In this document: in pieces, positions 51,556 through 61,448 of the stretch
How the letters are laid out: each line of letters starts with the position of its first letter
Numbering within the stretch: the stretch's first letter is position 1
Sequence record: MW882907
From: Escherichia phage vB_EcoM_SQ17
Reading direction: 5' to 3' (one strand)
Length of the DNA: 64,000 bases
Made by a program: the position numbers and the translations under genes
Notes under the pieces: generated by a model
Databases searched by the model: none
What the model saw: only the letters and a program-made list of their open reading frames with translations
What the model was told of the DNA's origin: nothing

Positions 51556-54500
51556 ATGGCTACTTTAAAACAAATACAATTTAAAAGAAGCAAAACTGCA
51601 GGAGCACGTCCTGCTGCTTCAGTATTAGCCGAAGGTGAATTGGCTATAAACTTAAAAGACCGTGTACTTTTTACTAAAGATGACCAAGGAAATATTATTG
51701 ATCTGGGTTTTGCTAAGGGTGGTAGTATTGACGGGAATGTTATTCATACTGGCAATTATAACCAAACTGGCGATTATACTTTAAATGGCACCTTCACTCA
51801 GACAGGTAATTTTAATTTAACTGGTATTGCTCGAGTAACTCGCGATATTATTGCCGCCGGGCAGATTATGACCGAAGGCGGAGAAATTATTACAAAAAGT
51901 TCAGGTACATCACATGTTCGTTTTTTCGATGGCAATAACCGCGAACGCGGAATCATTTATGCCCCGGCTAATGATGGATTAACTACACAAGTACTTAATA
52001 TCAGGGTTAAAGACTACGCCGCTGGTAGAGAAAGCACTTATGCATTTTCAGGCAGTGGCCTATTTACTTCACCCGAAGTATCAGCACGGAAATCTATTTC
52101 GTCTCCGCAAATTCTGACCGATAAAGTTATTACAAATGGGAAGAAGACGGGCGATTATGATATATCTTCATTAGCAAATAATAATTCTGACACAGATAAA
52201 AACTATTTGCGCGTTGTACGTACCGACCCAGCGGCCGCAATGCTCCATGAAATTTGCGAAAATAACGGCATCAGTTGGTATTCTGGTTCAACCCCTACTG
52301 ATTACATGCTGTCTTTTGCTTATTCAGGTGGTTTTCAAGCTGGGCATTCGATTGCAGTAGGTATGGAATCAGGGCCTATAACATATTCAGCCTTAGGTAA
52401 AGGTTCTATTGCTATTGGTGATAATGACACCGGGTTAAAATGGCACCAGGACGGATATTTCTATACAGTAAACAACGGGACAAAAACTTTCATCTATGGT
52501 CCAGGAGAAACGCAAAGCCTTAGAAAAATGGTTATGGCTTATTCTCCAGATGGGCTTCTTATGACAACGCCACCGACAGAAAACTATGCATTAGCCACTG
52601 TTGTTACTTACCATGATAATAACGCGTATGGTGACGGTCAAACTCTTTTAGGTTATTATCAGGGCGGTAATTATCATCACTATTTCCGCGGTAAGGGTAC
52701 CACAAACATTAATACTCATGGCGGTTTGTTAGTTACTCCTGGTAATATTGATGTTATTGGCGGTTCTGTTAATATAGATGGTAGAAATAATTCTTCTACA
52801 CTAATGTTTAGAGGCAACACAACAGGATACAGCTCGGTTGATAATATGGATATTAAAGTTTGGGGTAATACGTTTGTTGATCCAAGCGGAGGTATCCGTA
52901 AAAACATTATGGAAATTTCTGATGCAACTAGCTGGATGAGCTATATTCAAAGACTTACTACTGGCGAAGTAGAAATGAACGTTAATGGTTCATTTGAATC
53001 ATCTGGTGTTACTGCTGGAGATAGAGGAGTTCACACAACAGGTGAAATTTCATCTGGAGCAGTGAATGCTCTTCGTATTTGGAACGCAGATTATGGAGCC
53101 ATTTTTAGACGTTCAGAAGGAAGTCTTCATATTATTCCAACTGCTTATGGCGAAGGCAAAGATGGCGATATCGGTCCACTTCGCCCGTTTAGTATGGCTT
53201 TAGACACCGGTAAAGTTACTATTCCAGATTTACAATCAAGTTATAATACGTTTGCTGCTAACGGTTATATTAAATTTACTGGTCATGGCGCAGGCGCTGG
53301 TGGTTATGACATTCAATATGCTCAAGCGGCTCCTATTTTCCAGGAAATTGATGATGATGCTATAAGCAAATATTATCCTATTGTTAAACAGAAGTTTTTA
53401 AATGGTAAAGCCGTTTGGTCTTTAGGTACTGAGATTAGTTCAGGTACATTCGTTATTCATCATCTGAAAGAAGATGGTTCACAAGGCCATACGTCTCGTT
53501 TTAATCAAGACGGTACTGTTAACTTCCCGGATAATGTTCTGGTCGACGGTGATATTAACATGAAAGGCGTGATGACTTTTGACGCCGGACGTTTAGGATC
53601 ACGAGATTATTTTAAATTTAACCATTGGGGTGATAGTAATAATGCTCGTGATAACATCATCCAGTTAGAAGATAGTCAAGGCGCTCATTTTTCCACTGAA
53701 CGTACTTTAGCGACAGGTGCAATTAAAACTCGTTTCTTTGGCGAAACATTTACTGATGGTACATTATACCTAAATCAGATGAATAATAGCTCTGAACGAT
53801 TCCATATCAATAATTTGGGAAATTCAGAAGCTGGTCGCGCGGCAGTGATGGAAGTCGGTGATTCCAAAGGTTATCACTTCTATACAGAACGCAGGACAGA
53901 TAACAGTTTGACGTTTGATGTTGCTGGCACTTTTACCGTGCATGGATCTAGCGGGATCACTATCAAAAACTCTGCTGGTGCTCGCCACATCTGGTTTAAA
54001 GATGATAGCGAATCGGAAAAGGCTGTTATCTGGGCTACAGATGAGGGTATTTTACATATACGAAATAATTATGGGGGTTCATTTAGTCATCACTTCCAGG
54101 GTGCAATGATTCTAGCGGGAGAGCGTGTTCCGTATAATAGTGAATACGCTCTTATCCGTGGTAATATTTCCGGTGGTGCATGGGTAGACTGGCGAGATCG
54201 TCCGGCTGGATTGTTGGTAGACTGTCAGGACTCACGAACTCAAGCATATAACATTTGGAAAGCTACTCATTGGGGCGAACAGCACCTTGCGGCGATGGGT
54301 GTTCATGCTGGCGGTGGTAATCCTCATGTTGTATTGCATGTGGGTGGGAATGATTATGCATTTGCATCTAACGGTGATTTTACTGCTGGTGCTGCTGTAT
54401 ATTGTAACGACGTTTATATTCGTTCTGACCGTCGTCTGAAAATTAATGTTGAAGACTACGAAGAGAATGCGGTGGATAAGGTAAATAAACTCAAAGTTAA

Positions 54501-54777
54501 AACCTATGATAAAGTTAAATCTCTTTCTGACCGCGAAGTTATCGGCCATGAGATTGGTATTATCGCACAGGATTTGCAAGAAGTATTACCGGAAGCTGTT
54601 AGCACTTCTAGTGTCGGATCTCAGGATAACCCAGAAGAAATTTTAACAATTTCAAACTCTGCTGTGAACGCGCTTTTAATTAAGGCCATTCAGGAAATGA
54701 GCGAAGAAATTAAAGAATTGAAAACGCCTCTCTTTACTAAAATTGCTCGCAAAATTAGTAAATATTTTAAATTCTAA
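51556..54777 (+). CDS. 37: Long tail fibre distal subunit gp37 with C-terminal intramolecular-chaperone module
   Basis: 1073 aa; conserved N-terminus; C-terminal ...YIRSDRRLKINVEDYEENAVDKVNKL... resembles auto-cleaving chaperone domains. Confidence 0.9.
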   Translation: MATLKQIQFKRSKTAGARPAASVLAEGELAINLKDRVLFTKDDQGNIIDLGFAKGGSIDGNVIHTGNYNQTGDYTLNGTFTQTGNFNLTGIARVTRDIIAAGQIMTEGGEIITKSSGTSHVRFFDGNNRERGIIYAPANDGLTTQVLNIRVKDYAAGRESTYAFSGSGLFTSPEVSARKSISSPQILTDKVITNGKKTGDYDISSLANNNSDTDKNYLRVVRTDPAAAMLHEICENNGISWYSGSTPTDYMLSFAYSGGFQAGHSIAVGMESGPITYSALGKGSIAIGDNDTGLKWHQDGYFYTVNNGTKTFIYGPGETQSLRKMVMAYSPDGLLMTTPPTENYALATVVTYHDNNAYGDGQTLLGYYQGGNYHHYFRGKGTTNINTHGGLLVTPGNIDVIGGSVNIDGRNNSSTLMFRGNTTGYSSVDNMDIKVWGNTFVDPSGGIRKNIMEISDATSWMSYIQRLTTGEVEMNVNGSFESSGVTAGDRGVHTTGEISSGAVNALRIWNADYGAIFRRSEGSLHIIPTAYGEGKDGDIGPLRPFSMALDTGKVTIPDLQSSYNTFAANGYIKFTGHGAGAGGYDIQYAQAAPIFQEIDDDAISKYYPIVKQKFLNGKAVWSLGTEISSGTFVIHHLKEDGSQGHTSRFNQDGTVNFPDNVLVDGDINMKGVMTFDAGRLGSRDYFKFNHWGDSNNARDNIIQLEDSQGAHFSTERTLATGAIKTRFFGETFTDGTLYLNQMNNSSERFHINNLGNSEAGRAAVMEVGDSKGYHFYTERRTDNSLTFDVAGTFTVHGSSGITIKNSAGARHIWFKDDSESEKAVIWATDEGILHIRNNYGGSFSHHFQGAMILAGERVPYNSEYALIRGNISGGAWVDWRDRPAGLLVDCQDSRTQAYNIWKATHWGEQHLAAMGVHAGGGNPHVVLHVGGNDYAFASNGDFTAGAAVYCNDVYIRSDRRLKINVEDYEENAVDKVNKLKVKTYDKVKSLSDREVIGHEIGIIAQDLQEVLPEAVSTSSVGSQDNPEEILTISNSAVNALLIKAIQEMSEEIKELKTPLFTKIARKISKYFKF

Positions 54778-54782
54778 CAACA

Positions 54783-54800
54783 AGGGGGAAATGCCCCCTT
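54783..54800 (+). terminator. Hairpin aagggggaaatgccccctt between genes 37 and 38 (attenuator or stability element)
   Basis: GC stem-loop; gene 38 ribosome-binding site (GGAG) follows. Confidence 0.45.
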
Positions 54801-54813
54801 TGGAGTATAAATT

Positions 54814-55599
54814 ATGGCAGTAGTTGGAGTTCCTGGCTGGATTGGAAGTTCAGCCGTAAATGAAACGGGTCAGCGCTGGATGAGTCAAGCAGCTGGTCAA
54901 TTAAGATTGGGTGTTCCTTGCTGGATGAGTCAATTTGCAGGTCGCTCAAGAGAAATTATTCATACACTTGGAGCAGACCATAACTTCAATGGTCAATGGT
55001 TCCGAGATAGATGTTTTGAGGCAGGTAGTGCACCTATAGTGTTTAATATCACCGGAAATTTAGTATCATATAGTAAAGATGTTCCTTTATTCTTTATGTA
55101 CGGCGATACGCCAAATGAATATGTTACTTTGAATATTCATGGTGGAGTTCATATGTGGGGACGAGGTGGTAACGGTACTGTAAACGGAAACCCAGGCACA
55201 AATGGCGGCGATGTAATCCAAAATGATATCGGCGGAAGACTTCGTATTTGGAACTATGGCGTTATTGCATCAGGTGGCGGCGGTGGTGGTGCAGTGTCAT
55301 TACGGAATAGCTGGGCGCCAAATGCTACAGCAGGTGGCGGTGGTGGTAGACCATTTGGCATCGGCGGTGGCGGCGTTAATTGGCCTGGTGGTAATGCTAG
55401 TTATGACTCCCCTGGCGGTGCCGGTTACACTTCCCAATTCGGCGGTGGCAATGGCGGTGATGCTGGAGGTCGTGGCGGAGATGGATGGGGTAATCACTTA
55501 TCTAGATCTAGATCTGGTGGTGGTGCTCCTGGCAGAGCAGTATTCGGAAGTTCACCGTCATGGGGTGCTACAGGCACAATCTACGGCTCCTGGATTTAA
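54814..55599 (+). CDS. 38: Receptor-recognising adhesin gp38 (T2-type, glycine-rich motifs)
   Basis: 261 aa; conserved N-terminal part then several poly-Gly runs ([44 protein letters not shown]) separated by short variable segments. Confidence 0.8.
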   Translation: MAVVGVPGWIGSSAVNETGQRWMSQAAGQLRLGVPCWMSQFAGRSREIIHTLGADHNFNGQWFRDRCFEAGSAPIVFNITGNLVSYSKDVPLFFMYGDTPNEYVTLNIHGGVHMWGRGGNGTVNGNPGTNGGDVIQNDIGGRLRIWNYGVIASGGGGGGAVSLRNSWAPNATAGGGGGRPFGIGGGGVNWPGGNASYDSPGGAGYTSQFGGGNGGDAGGRGGDGWGNHLSRSRSGGGAPGRAVFGSSPSWGATGTIYGSWI

Positions 55600-55617
55600 A
55601 CGATAATACCTCTCAAT

Positions 55618-55625
55618 TATAAATA
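55618..55625 (+). promoter_or_regulatory. T4 late promoter motif TATAAATA upstream of holin t
   Basis: Exact TATAAATA about 20 nt upstream of the t start; GGGAGG ribosome-binding site. Confidence 0.6.
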
Positions 55626-55644
55626 TTGATAAATGGGAGGTAAT

Positions 55645-56304
55645 ATGGCAGCACCAAAAGTATCATTTTCGCCTAGTGATATTTTATTTGGGTTGCTAGA
55701 CCGCATTTTCAAAGATAACGCCTCTGGAAATATTCTTATTTCAAGAGTTGCTGTTGTAGTTCTTTTGTTCCTAATGGCACTAATATGGTACAAAGGGAAT
55801 ATTTTTATGGATTATTACGTGAGGTCGAAATATGATACTTACACAGAAGTAATTCAAAAAGAAAGAAATACACGATTTGAATCTGCGGCTTTAGAGCAAC
55901 TACAAATAGTCCACGTCACATCAAGGGCGGATTTTAGTTCGGTGTATTCTTTCAGACCTAAAAATCTAAATTATTTCGTCGACCTTATTGCGTATGAAGG
56001 TAAGTTACCTAGCACAGTAACTGAAAAATCTATGGGAGGATTTCCTGTTGATAAAACGACAGCAGAATATTCGGTCCATTTAAGTGGACTTCACTTTACT
56101 TCTAAAACAGATTTTGCTTTCTTACCTACCAAATCAAAAACTCCGGAACTGGCGTATATGTATAGTTGTCCTTACTTCAATTTGGATAACATATATGCGG
56201 GAACTGTTTCTATGTATTGGTATAAGGGGTCGGATGTGTTAAATGAAGAACGCTTGGCTGCAATATGCAACCAAGCAGCAAGGATATTAGGGCGGGCTAA
56301 ATAA
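55645..56304 (+). CDS. t: Holin T
   Basis: 219 aa from MAAPKVSFSPSDILFGLLDRIFKDN... (ORF-track start trimmed to the ATG after GGAGG); single N-terminal transmembrane segment. Confidence 0.85.
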   Translation: MAAPKVSFSPSDILFGLLDRIFKDNASGNILISRVAVVVLLFLMALIWYKGNIFMDYYVRSKYDTYTEVIQKERNTRFESAALEQLQIVHVTSRADFSSVYSFRPKNLNYFVDLIAYEGKLPSTVTEKSMGGFPVDKTTAEYSVHLSGLHFTSKTDFAFLPTKSKTPELAYMYSCPYFNLDNIYAGTVSMYWYKGSDVLNEERLAAICNQAARILGRAK

Positions 56305-56577
56305 TTAGTTGTTAGAATACATCGTCAAATGGCGATAAATATTTTCAAAACCTTCATTGAATTCACTAATCAGTGTTTTCTTTTCTTCGGCAGTTAAATT
56401 TGTAATTAGTTTTCTGAACGAATTCTGATTTAGCTGCCGACCATCTTTTTTAATTCCAATCTCATTCAAGAATCCGATGAAATTTGCTCGGTCTTCAACA
56501 ATATCTTCCCTCGAGAATTTAATCAAAATAGAAGCAACCGTAATAATTTCACGTACAATTTCAATATCTTTATTCAT
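56305..56577 (-). CDS. asiA: Anti-sigma-70 factor AsiA
   Basis: 90 aa; MNKDIEIVREIITVASILIKFSREDIVEDRANFIGFLNEIG matches my recollection of T4 AsiA. Confidence 0.85.
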   Translation of the reverse strand: MNKDIEIVREIITVASILIKFSREDIVEDRANFIGFLNEIGIKKDGRQLNQNSFRKLITNLTAEEKKTLISEFNEGFENIYRHLTMYSNN

Positions 56578-56623
56578 AACGTTTTATTCATTCCATTTGG
56601 TTGATATGAGTATAGTACCATTA

Positions 56624-56785
56624 TCAGTGTTGATTGTAAACAGCTTTTTCTACACTTTTAACGTAATCAGTGTAGTCTTCCTGTTCATACGAGTGTAAGG
56701 CCAAGAACGTGGCTAATAGTTCATTATAGACTAAAGCCTCACGCTCACGTTCGGCCTCTACTACGTTCTGAAGATTATGGCTCAT
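56624..56785 (-). CDS. Hypothetical small protein, about 53 aa
   Basis: ORF-track ORF trimmed to an internal ATG; overlaps the upstream ORF's end. Confidence 0.3.
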   Translation of the reverse strand: MSHNLQNVVEAEREREALVYNELLATFLALHSYEQEDYTDYVKSVEKAVYNQH

Positions 56786-57074
56786 ATCGTTCCTTATAAC
56801 TATCAATGTAGTCCTGTATGTCAAAGAATGACAATTCATATTCTAGGACATTAAGAGCCCGTTCTTCAGTATAGTCAGAACCAAATACGATAGTGATTTC
56901 ACCAGGCTTCATATGATTGAAATCGACACTAAAAGGAATACGAGAACATACTTCGTCTGCCATATCTGCAACAACACTACGATACACTTCTCGGTTAACC
57001 TGATAAAGCTCTGCGAGTTCTTCACATTGAATAACAAGTTCAGTGGCAGGATTTTCTTTGATTTTAGTAAGCAT
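56775..57074 (-). CDS. Acidic protein, possibly Arn-like anti-restriction DNA mimic
   Basis: 99-aa strongly acidic ORF at the position where T4 has arn; assignment is by position and composition only. Confidence 0.4.
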   Translation of the reverse strand: MLTKIKENPATELVIQCEELAELYQVNREVYRSVVADMADEVCSRIPFSVDFNHMKPGEITIVFGSDYTEERALNVLEYELSFFDIQDYIDSYKERYEP

Positions 57075-57148
57075 AGTCTTTACCCTTATGTTTTTGTTTG
57101 CGTTTAGATTGAAGTTCTGATTTCTTCTTGTCCTTATGGACAGAAGCC

Positions 57149-57376
57149 TTATTGAAATCGTGTTTTGCTACAAGATTGTTCATAATGATTTATAACCTCA
57201 TTTAAACATTTATCGGTAAAAGAAAACTTTTTAGCCACAGAACATTCGATGATGTGTTCTTTCAAATCTTTAGAGTCAGTATAACCCATCTCAGTAATAA
57301 AGTGGCGAATTAAAGCTTTATTCTTATCATTAACAGAATTAAAATAATCTACTTTAGAATCAATTATTCTCATCAT
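57149..57376 (-). CDS. Hypothetical small protein
   Basis: 75-aa ORF. Confidence 0.4.
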   Translation of the reverse strand: MMRIIDSKVDYFNSVNDKNKALIRHFITEMGYTDSKDLKEHIIECSVAKKFSFTDKCLNEVINHYEQSCSKTRFQ

Positions 57377-57641
57377 CTAATTTCCTTAATTGATATTGCA
57401 ACGAGCTAATAATTTCTTCGTTCATTTTAATATACATGTCACGCAAGAAAGGTTTTAACCCATCACGAATAATTGCTAATGTATCACCTTTACATAGATT
57501 GACCAAATAAGGATGATCTAAAGCATCCCAACCCGGCTGATTAGCATACATACCGTAGTTTTCTTCCATCATATGATTAAGACGTTTGATATCTTGGATA
57601 CGTGATTCAATAGCATCTTTCTGGAGTTGTTTAATATTCAT
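57360..57641 (-). CDS. Hypothetical small protein
   Basis: 93-aa ORF. Confidence 0.4.
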   Translation of the reverse strand: MNIKQLQKDAIESRIQDIKRLNHMMEENYGMYANQPGWDALDHPYLVNLCKGDTLAIIRDGLKPFLRDMYIKMNEEIISSLQYQLRKLDDENN

Positions 57642-58102
57642 TAATAAAGGTCCTCTGAATAAAGTTCTTTCTCACTTCCGCCACGTTCAATACGTACCTG
57701 TCCAGCATACGTTGCAATAATCATTGCTTCTTCACGAGTCCAGTAATTAGAGTATTGGTCGATAAAGCCTTGATCGTCACCACAAACTTGTTGGGAGACT
57801 AATTGAGGACCAACTATATCAAGTACTTCAGCCATATCTTTAGAGTAATGACGAACTCCAGGAATAACCAGAGTTCCACCACTCTTCAATTTAAACCTAT
57901 TAGCTGCACATACTATAACACGTTGAACTTTTTGGTCATTATTCCAATAGCATGTTTGCCAACAGATTTCAGGAACTTCATTCATTACATCATCAGCAGA
58001 ATAATTATAACCGTAGGACTGGAATTTTTCTGCTAGACTTTCAGGAGTCTCACGAGACAAGGCCAAATCTAATAGCTCTAAACGTTCTTTAAATGATTTC
58101 AT
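57641..58102 (-). CDS. Hypothetical protein
   Basis: 153-aa ORF with overlapping start and stop codons. Confidence 0.45.
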   Translation of the reverse strand: MKSFKERLELLDLALSRETPESLAEKFQSYGYNYSADDVMNEVPEICWQTCYWNNDQKVQRVIVCAANRFKLKSGGTLVIPGVRHYSKDMAEVLDIVGPQLVSQQVCGDDQGFIDQYSNYWTREEAMIIATYAGQVRIERGGSEKELYSEDLY

Positions 58103-58428
58103 TTAAACCATTCCTTAATACGTTGCCAAATAGATTTTTGTGCTTGTTTATTTACACCAATCGAACGAATAACCGGTTGTGACTGCTGATATTCTTTATA
58201 ATCTTCTTTATAGATTTCGTAAGCTGCATCAACAAATGAACTTATCGCTGCCATGTAGTTTTTACGAAGGCCAAATGGTGCGTCATTATTTTCACGAATA
58301 ACCATATATTGGCCTGCTTTAATCTTTACAATTGTCCCTAAATAAGCCCCGTGGTACCAAATATCCCATCCTTCCTGAGTAGGTTCTGCACATTTACGAA
58401 GTTCGTTAATAATATTCAGCTTATTCAT
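58099..58428 (-). CDS. Hypothetical protein (T4 motA.1-like position)
   Basis: 109-aa ORF directly downstream of motA. Confidence 0.45.
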   Translation of the reverse strand: MNKLNIINELRKCAEPTQEGWDIWYHGAYLGTIVKIKAGQYMVIRENNDAPFGLRKNYMAAISSFVDAAYEIYKEDYKEYQQSQPVIRSIGVNKQAQKSIWQRIKEWFK

Positions 58429-58438
58429 TATGTATTCC

Positions 58439-59071
58439 TCACAGTACGTTAGTTACAAGGGTAATGATTTCTTTGGACACATTAGGGAAGTCAATGTAAG
58501 TATATTTACCACCGATCTTAATCTTAACATCATTTTCAAGAGAAGTAAACAGCTTTGATTCAGTTTCTGACATGTTGTATGCAAATATTCTAAGACAACC
58601 ATCTCGACGAATTTCGATCTGACGAATACCTAGAACTCGTTTTGCAAATCGAACTTCCAAGTTACTACGGTTTTCACCGATTTCTTTAACTTCAACTTTA
58701 TCTTTAATATTTTCAAAAACAAAGTTTGCTAATTCATGCATTTCAGGAGTAACTCCACGTGCTTTTCTGGTGTTACGTTTCTGAAGAAGTTCTGGAGCAT
58801 TTTCTTGGGCAAAGAGGTCTGCAGCTTTTTGGATAATATCCATTGCTTCGCCTGTTGCTATAAGTCCATCACCGGATTTTTCGACTAAACCTTTCTTAAT
58901 CAATACACCAATGTTAGAGTTAACAACCGATGCATTGTATTCCGCTTCCAGAGCTTCACGGACATTGGCAGCAGTGGTGAAGTTGTTCTTAATGATATAA
59001 ACCATTATTGCAGCGGTTTTTTCATTCAGAGCGTTTTCAGAAGCTTTGATGATGTAAGTAACTTTAGACAT
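58439..59071 (-). CDS. motA: MotA middle-transcription activator
   Basis: 210 aa; N-terminus MSKVTYIIKAS...VVNSNIGVLIKKGLVEKSGDGLI matches my recollection of T4 MotA. Confidence 0.8.
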   Translation of the reverse strand: MSKVTYIIKASENALNEKTAAIMVYIIKNNFTTAANVREALEAEYNASVVNSNIGVLIKKGLVEKSGDGLIATGEAMDIIQKAADLFAQENAPELLQKRNTRKARGVTPEMHELANFVFENIKDKVEVKEIGENRSNLEVRFAKRVLGIRQIEIRRDGCLRIFAYNMSETESKLFTSLENDVKIKIGGKYTYIDFPNVSKEIITLVTNVL

Positions 59072-59110
59072 TTTATTTCTCCAATTTGGTTGTTTTGTTT
59101 TGATAGGTCT

Positions 59111-59139
59111 ATAATATCATGTTTGAAGCACATGTAAAC
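59111..59139 (-). promoter_or_regulatory. T4 early-type promoter upstream of motA
   Basis: Minus strand reads GTTTACATGTGCTTCAAACATGATATTAT. Confidence 0.5.
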
Positions 59140-59164
59140 TGTTTTGTGAGAAAAATGCACAAAA

Positions 59165-59180
59165 GGGAGCCGAAGCTCCC
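59165..59180 (-). terminator. Hairpin terminator gggagc-cgaa-gctccc downstream of gene 52
   Basis: GC stem with tetraloop followed on the minus strand by TTTTG. Confidence 0.6.
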
Positions 59181-59256
59181 TAATCATGTTTGTCCAACCA
59201 ATACAGCCAAACCACTAGTGCAGCTATTGCACCGAGAAATCCTAAGGCTAGGGCAC

Positions 59257-60582
59257 TCAAAGTGCCTCCAAGTCTTTAGTGTACTCTGTCACAACATCAG
59301 TAGACTTCCAATACTCATTTTCTTCTTTCTTAGCTTTAGCTTCTTCTGCCAGTTTACGTGCTTCGTCGGAAGTGATATGGAAGATGTTAAGACCTACCAG
59401 TTTATCGACATATTCTTTGTACATTTCGATTTGTGTTAGCTCTTCAGTCAAAGCTTTACGGGTCTTGCCTTGAATCACAATTTCACCGTTGATAACTTTT
59501 TTGATGAAGTGTGCCTTAGCAAAAGCAAGTTTAAATGCTTTTTCAGATTCAAGGATTTTGTTGTCAATACGTTTCTGAACGTAAGTCTTACGGACTTCAA
59601 CAAAATCTTTGATTAAGTCTACTACGTTATCATAGACCGCTAATTTACCCTTTTCATTAATCACTGTGATGTTTTGCGAACGACGTTCGATGAGACTAAA
59701 ATCTTTCATGATTTTTTCATGACGTAGCTCTTCATCATCAGGAAGAGAGTACTCTTTACGGAACTTCACTTTAAACCCAAAGCCGTGTTCACCGCAATCA
59801 TCTTCCCATGAGATTAGACCTTTGTCTTCCAATGGGTCAAGAACCTTACTCACATACGTTTCACGGTCGAATTTATACGGGATTTCAGTTATCTGCATTT
59901 GAGTGCGAGATGTGAACTTATATGTTCCGTGAATCTCATAACGCCCATCAACTTCATGTACTTCACCACGGAATTCCGGGAATTCAACTTTTGGCTTAGT
60001 GACATTTTTACCTTGAAGAGCTTGTAATACAGCCTTTTTGACTGATTTAAAACTATGAGGCAGAATATTTGTTGCGTAACCGGTTGCAATACCAGAGACA
60101 CCATTCAAAAGAACTGTCGGAATAATAGGAAGATAGAATTTTGGTGGAATGTGTTCTTTATCTTCATGAGCTGGAGCATATTCAGTATCTTTATATACGT
60201 TATAGAAATTTTTACTTACACGAGCAAAAATATAACGAGATGCTGCAGCTTTTTGGACTGTTCGAGAACCAAAGTTGCCTTGGCCATCTAACAGTGGATA
60301 GTTGTTGTTCCATGTGTTAGCCATCAATGCACCTGCATCTTGTGCAGAAGATTCACCGTGGTGATAACCTAAATCTGCAACACCGCCTGCAATTGACGCA
60401 AGTTTATGAAATTTTTCTTTATTACCACGAGCCAAATCTAACGCACGATGAACCACAAAACGTTGAACCGGCTTAAATCCATCAATCATGTTTGGGATTG
60501 CACGGTTTTCAACGGTGTACATCGCATATGCTAAGGCTTCGTTATCAATAATACTTTTTAGATTACGAGAATTCAATTGCAT
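59257..60582 (-). CDS. 52: DNA topoisomerase II medium subunit gp52
   Basis: 441 aa; GyrA-like N-terminus with catalytic-Tyr motif (AAASRY). Confidence 0.9.
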   Translation of the reverse strand: MQLNSRNLKSIIDNEALAYAMYTVENRAIPNMIDGFKPVQRFVVHRALDLARGNKEKFHKLASIAGGVADLGYHHGESSAQDAGALMANTWNNNYPLLDGQGNFGSRTVQKAAASRYIFARVSKNFYNVYKDTEYAPAHEDKEHIPPKFYLPIIPTVLLNGVSGIATGYATNILPHSFKSVKKAVLQALQGKNVTKPKVEFPEFRGEVHEVDGRYEIHGTYKFTSRTQMQITEIPYKFDRETYVSKVLDPLEDKGLISWEDDCGEHGFGFKVKFRKEYSLPDDEELRHEKIMKDFSLIERRSQNITVINEKGKLAVYDNVVDLIKDFVEVRKTYVQKRIDNKILESEKAFKLAFAKAHFIKKVINGEIVIQGKTRKALTEELTQIEMYKEYVDKLVGLNIFHITSDEARKLAEEAKAKKEENEYWKSTDVVTEYTKDLEAL

Positions 60583-60586
60583 ATTT

Positions 60587-60727
60587 TCACCATATTAATG
60601 AACGAATAGCCATTATAACATCTGAAATGAAAAGCACTACTTGGATTAGTCCAAACATCACACCATAGTACAGAACCGTAAGCAACAACAAGAGCCCGAA
60701 GGCTCCTGCTAAGATTTTCTTAATCAT
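60587..60727 (-). CDS. Possible small hydrophobic protein, about 46 aa, with embedded GC hairpin
   Basis: Hand-translated MIKKILAGAFGLLLLLTVLYYGVMFGLIQVVLFISDVIMAIRSLIW; contains gagcc-ttcg-ggctc so may instead be a terminator. Confidence 0.3.
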   Translation of the reverse strand: MIKKILAGAFGLLLLLTVLYYGVMFGLIQVVLFISDVIMAIRSLIW

Positions 60728-60873
60728 TGCTCGCCTTTTAATACGTTAAGAAGAGCTAATACCGCTAAGGTGCCTTGTGATACCGCCTGTTGAAATACTG
60801 TTGTTTCGCCTGTAACTAAAGTGTTAACGAATAAAAACGACCAACACAGCAATGCAATAATCCATGCTACCAT
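60724..60873 (-). CDS. Possible small membrane protein, about 49 aa
   Basis: Hand-translated MVAWIIALLCWSFLFVNTLVTGETTVFQQAVSQGTLAVLALLNVLKGEQ; GAGGT ribosome-binding site; ATGA overlap with the next ORF. Confidence 0.35.
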   Translation of the reverse strand: MVAWIIALLCWSFLFVNTLVTGETTVFQQAVSQGTLAVLALLNVLKGEQ

Positions 60874-60925
60874 TTTAATTACCTCAAAAATAAATTAAAG
60901 GCCTATTAAGCTAGGCCTATATAAA

Positions 60926-61372
60926 TTAGTAACTCTGCAGAATGAATTTGAAATTATCTGCCAGAAGACGGTTCATTTCAGTGAGTGTTTGATATTCTGA
61001 TGTATGGTTGCGAGTGAATGCCAGAGCCAATTGTCCTTTACCATAACCAGTGGTCAGTGGTTTCATGTTCTTAGCTGCAACAAAGATTACATCATATTCG
61101 ATATTGTTAGTGCCCATGGTACGGGCTAGTTGCGAACGGCCTTGACGAATGTGAGAAAGAATTGCATCCAACCCTTGTTTAGAACGTTGACGTCCTACAA
61201 AGAATCGTGCTGCTACTTGTCGCCAATCAGATGAACCTTTAACAAAGAAGTAAAAACCTTCACGAGAACGAAACTCTTTAGAAACTTCAGAACCGTATTC
61301 GCCATTACGAACTACTGCAACAACTTCACCGCCAACTGCCAGAAGGTCTTTACGAGTTAAATATTTGGACAT
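60926..61372 (-). CDS. Possible Ndd (nucleoid disruption) protein
   Basis: 148-aa ORF at the position where T4 has ndd (about 151 aa); consensus early promoter upstream; assignment by position and length. Confidence 0.4.
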   Translation of the reverse strand: MSKYLTRKDLLAVGGEVVAVVRNGEYGSEVSKEFRSREGFYFFVKGSSDWRQVAARFFVGRQRSKQGLDAILSHIRQGRSQLARTMGTNNIEYDVIFVAAKNMKPLTTGYGKGQLALAFTRNHTSEYQTLTEMNRLLADNFKFILQSY

Positions 61373-61448
61373 GCTAATTTCCTCAATTGATTAATGTTTT
61401 TGTAATCCATGAGAGCATTATACTCTGCTCTCAAGAGTTTGTACAATT

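Noticed and set aside
54806-54813. TATAAATT late-promoter-like motif directly abutting the gene 38 ATG.
   Set aside because: It is too close to the start codon to precede a leader with the ribosome-binding site; gene 38 is more likely co-transcribed with gene 37 through the upstream hairpin.
55270-55480. Repetitive ggtggcggcggtggtggt tracts that look like a short repeat array.
   Set aside because: They are in frame within gene 38 and encode the poly-glycine runs of the adhesin; there are no spacers of regular length, so this is not a CRISPR array.
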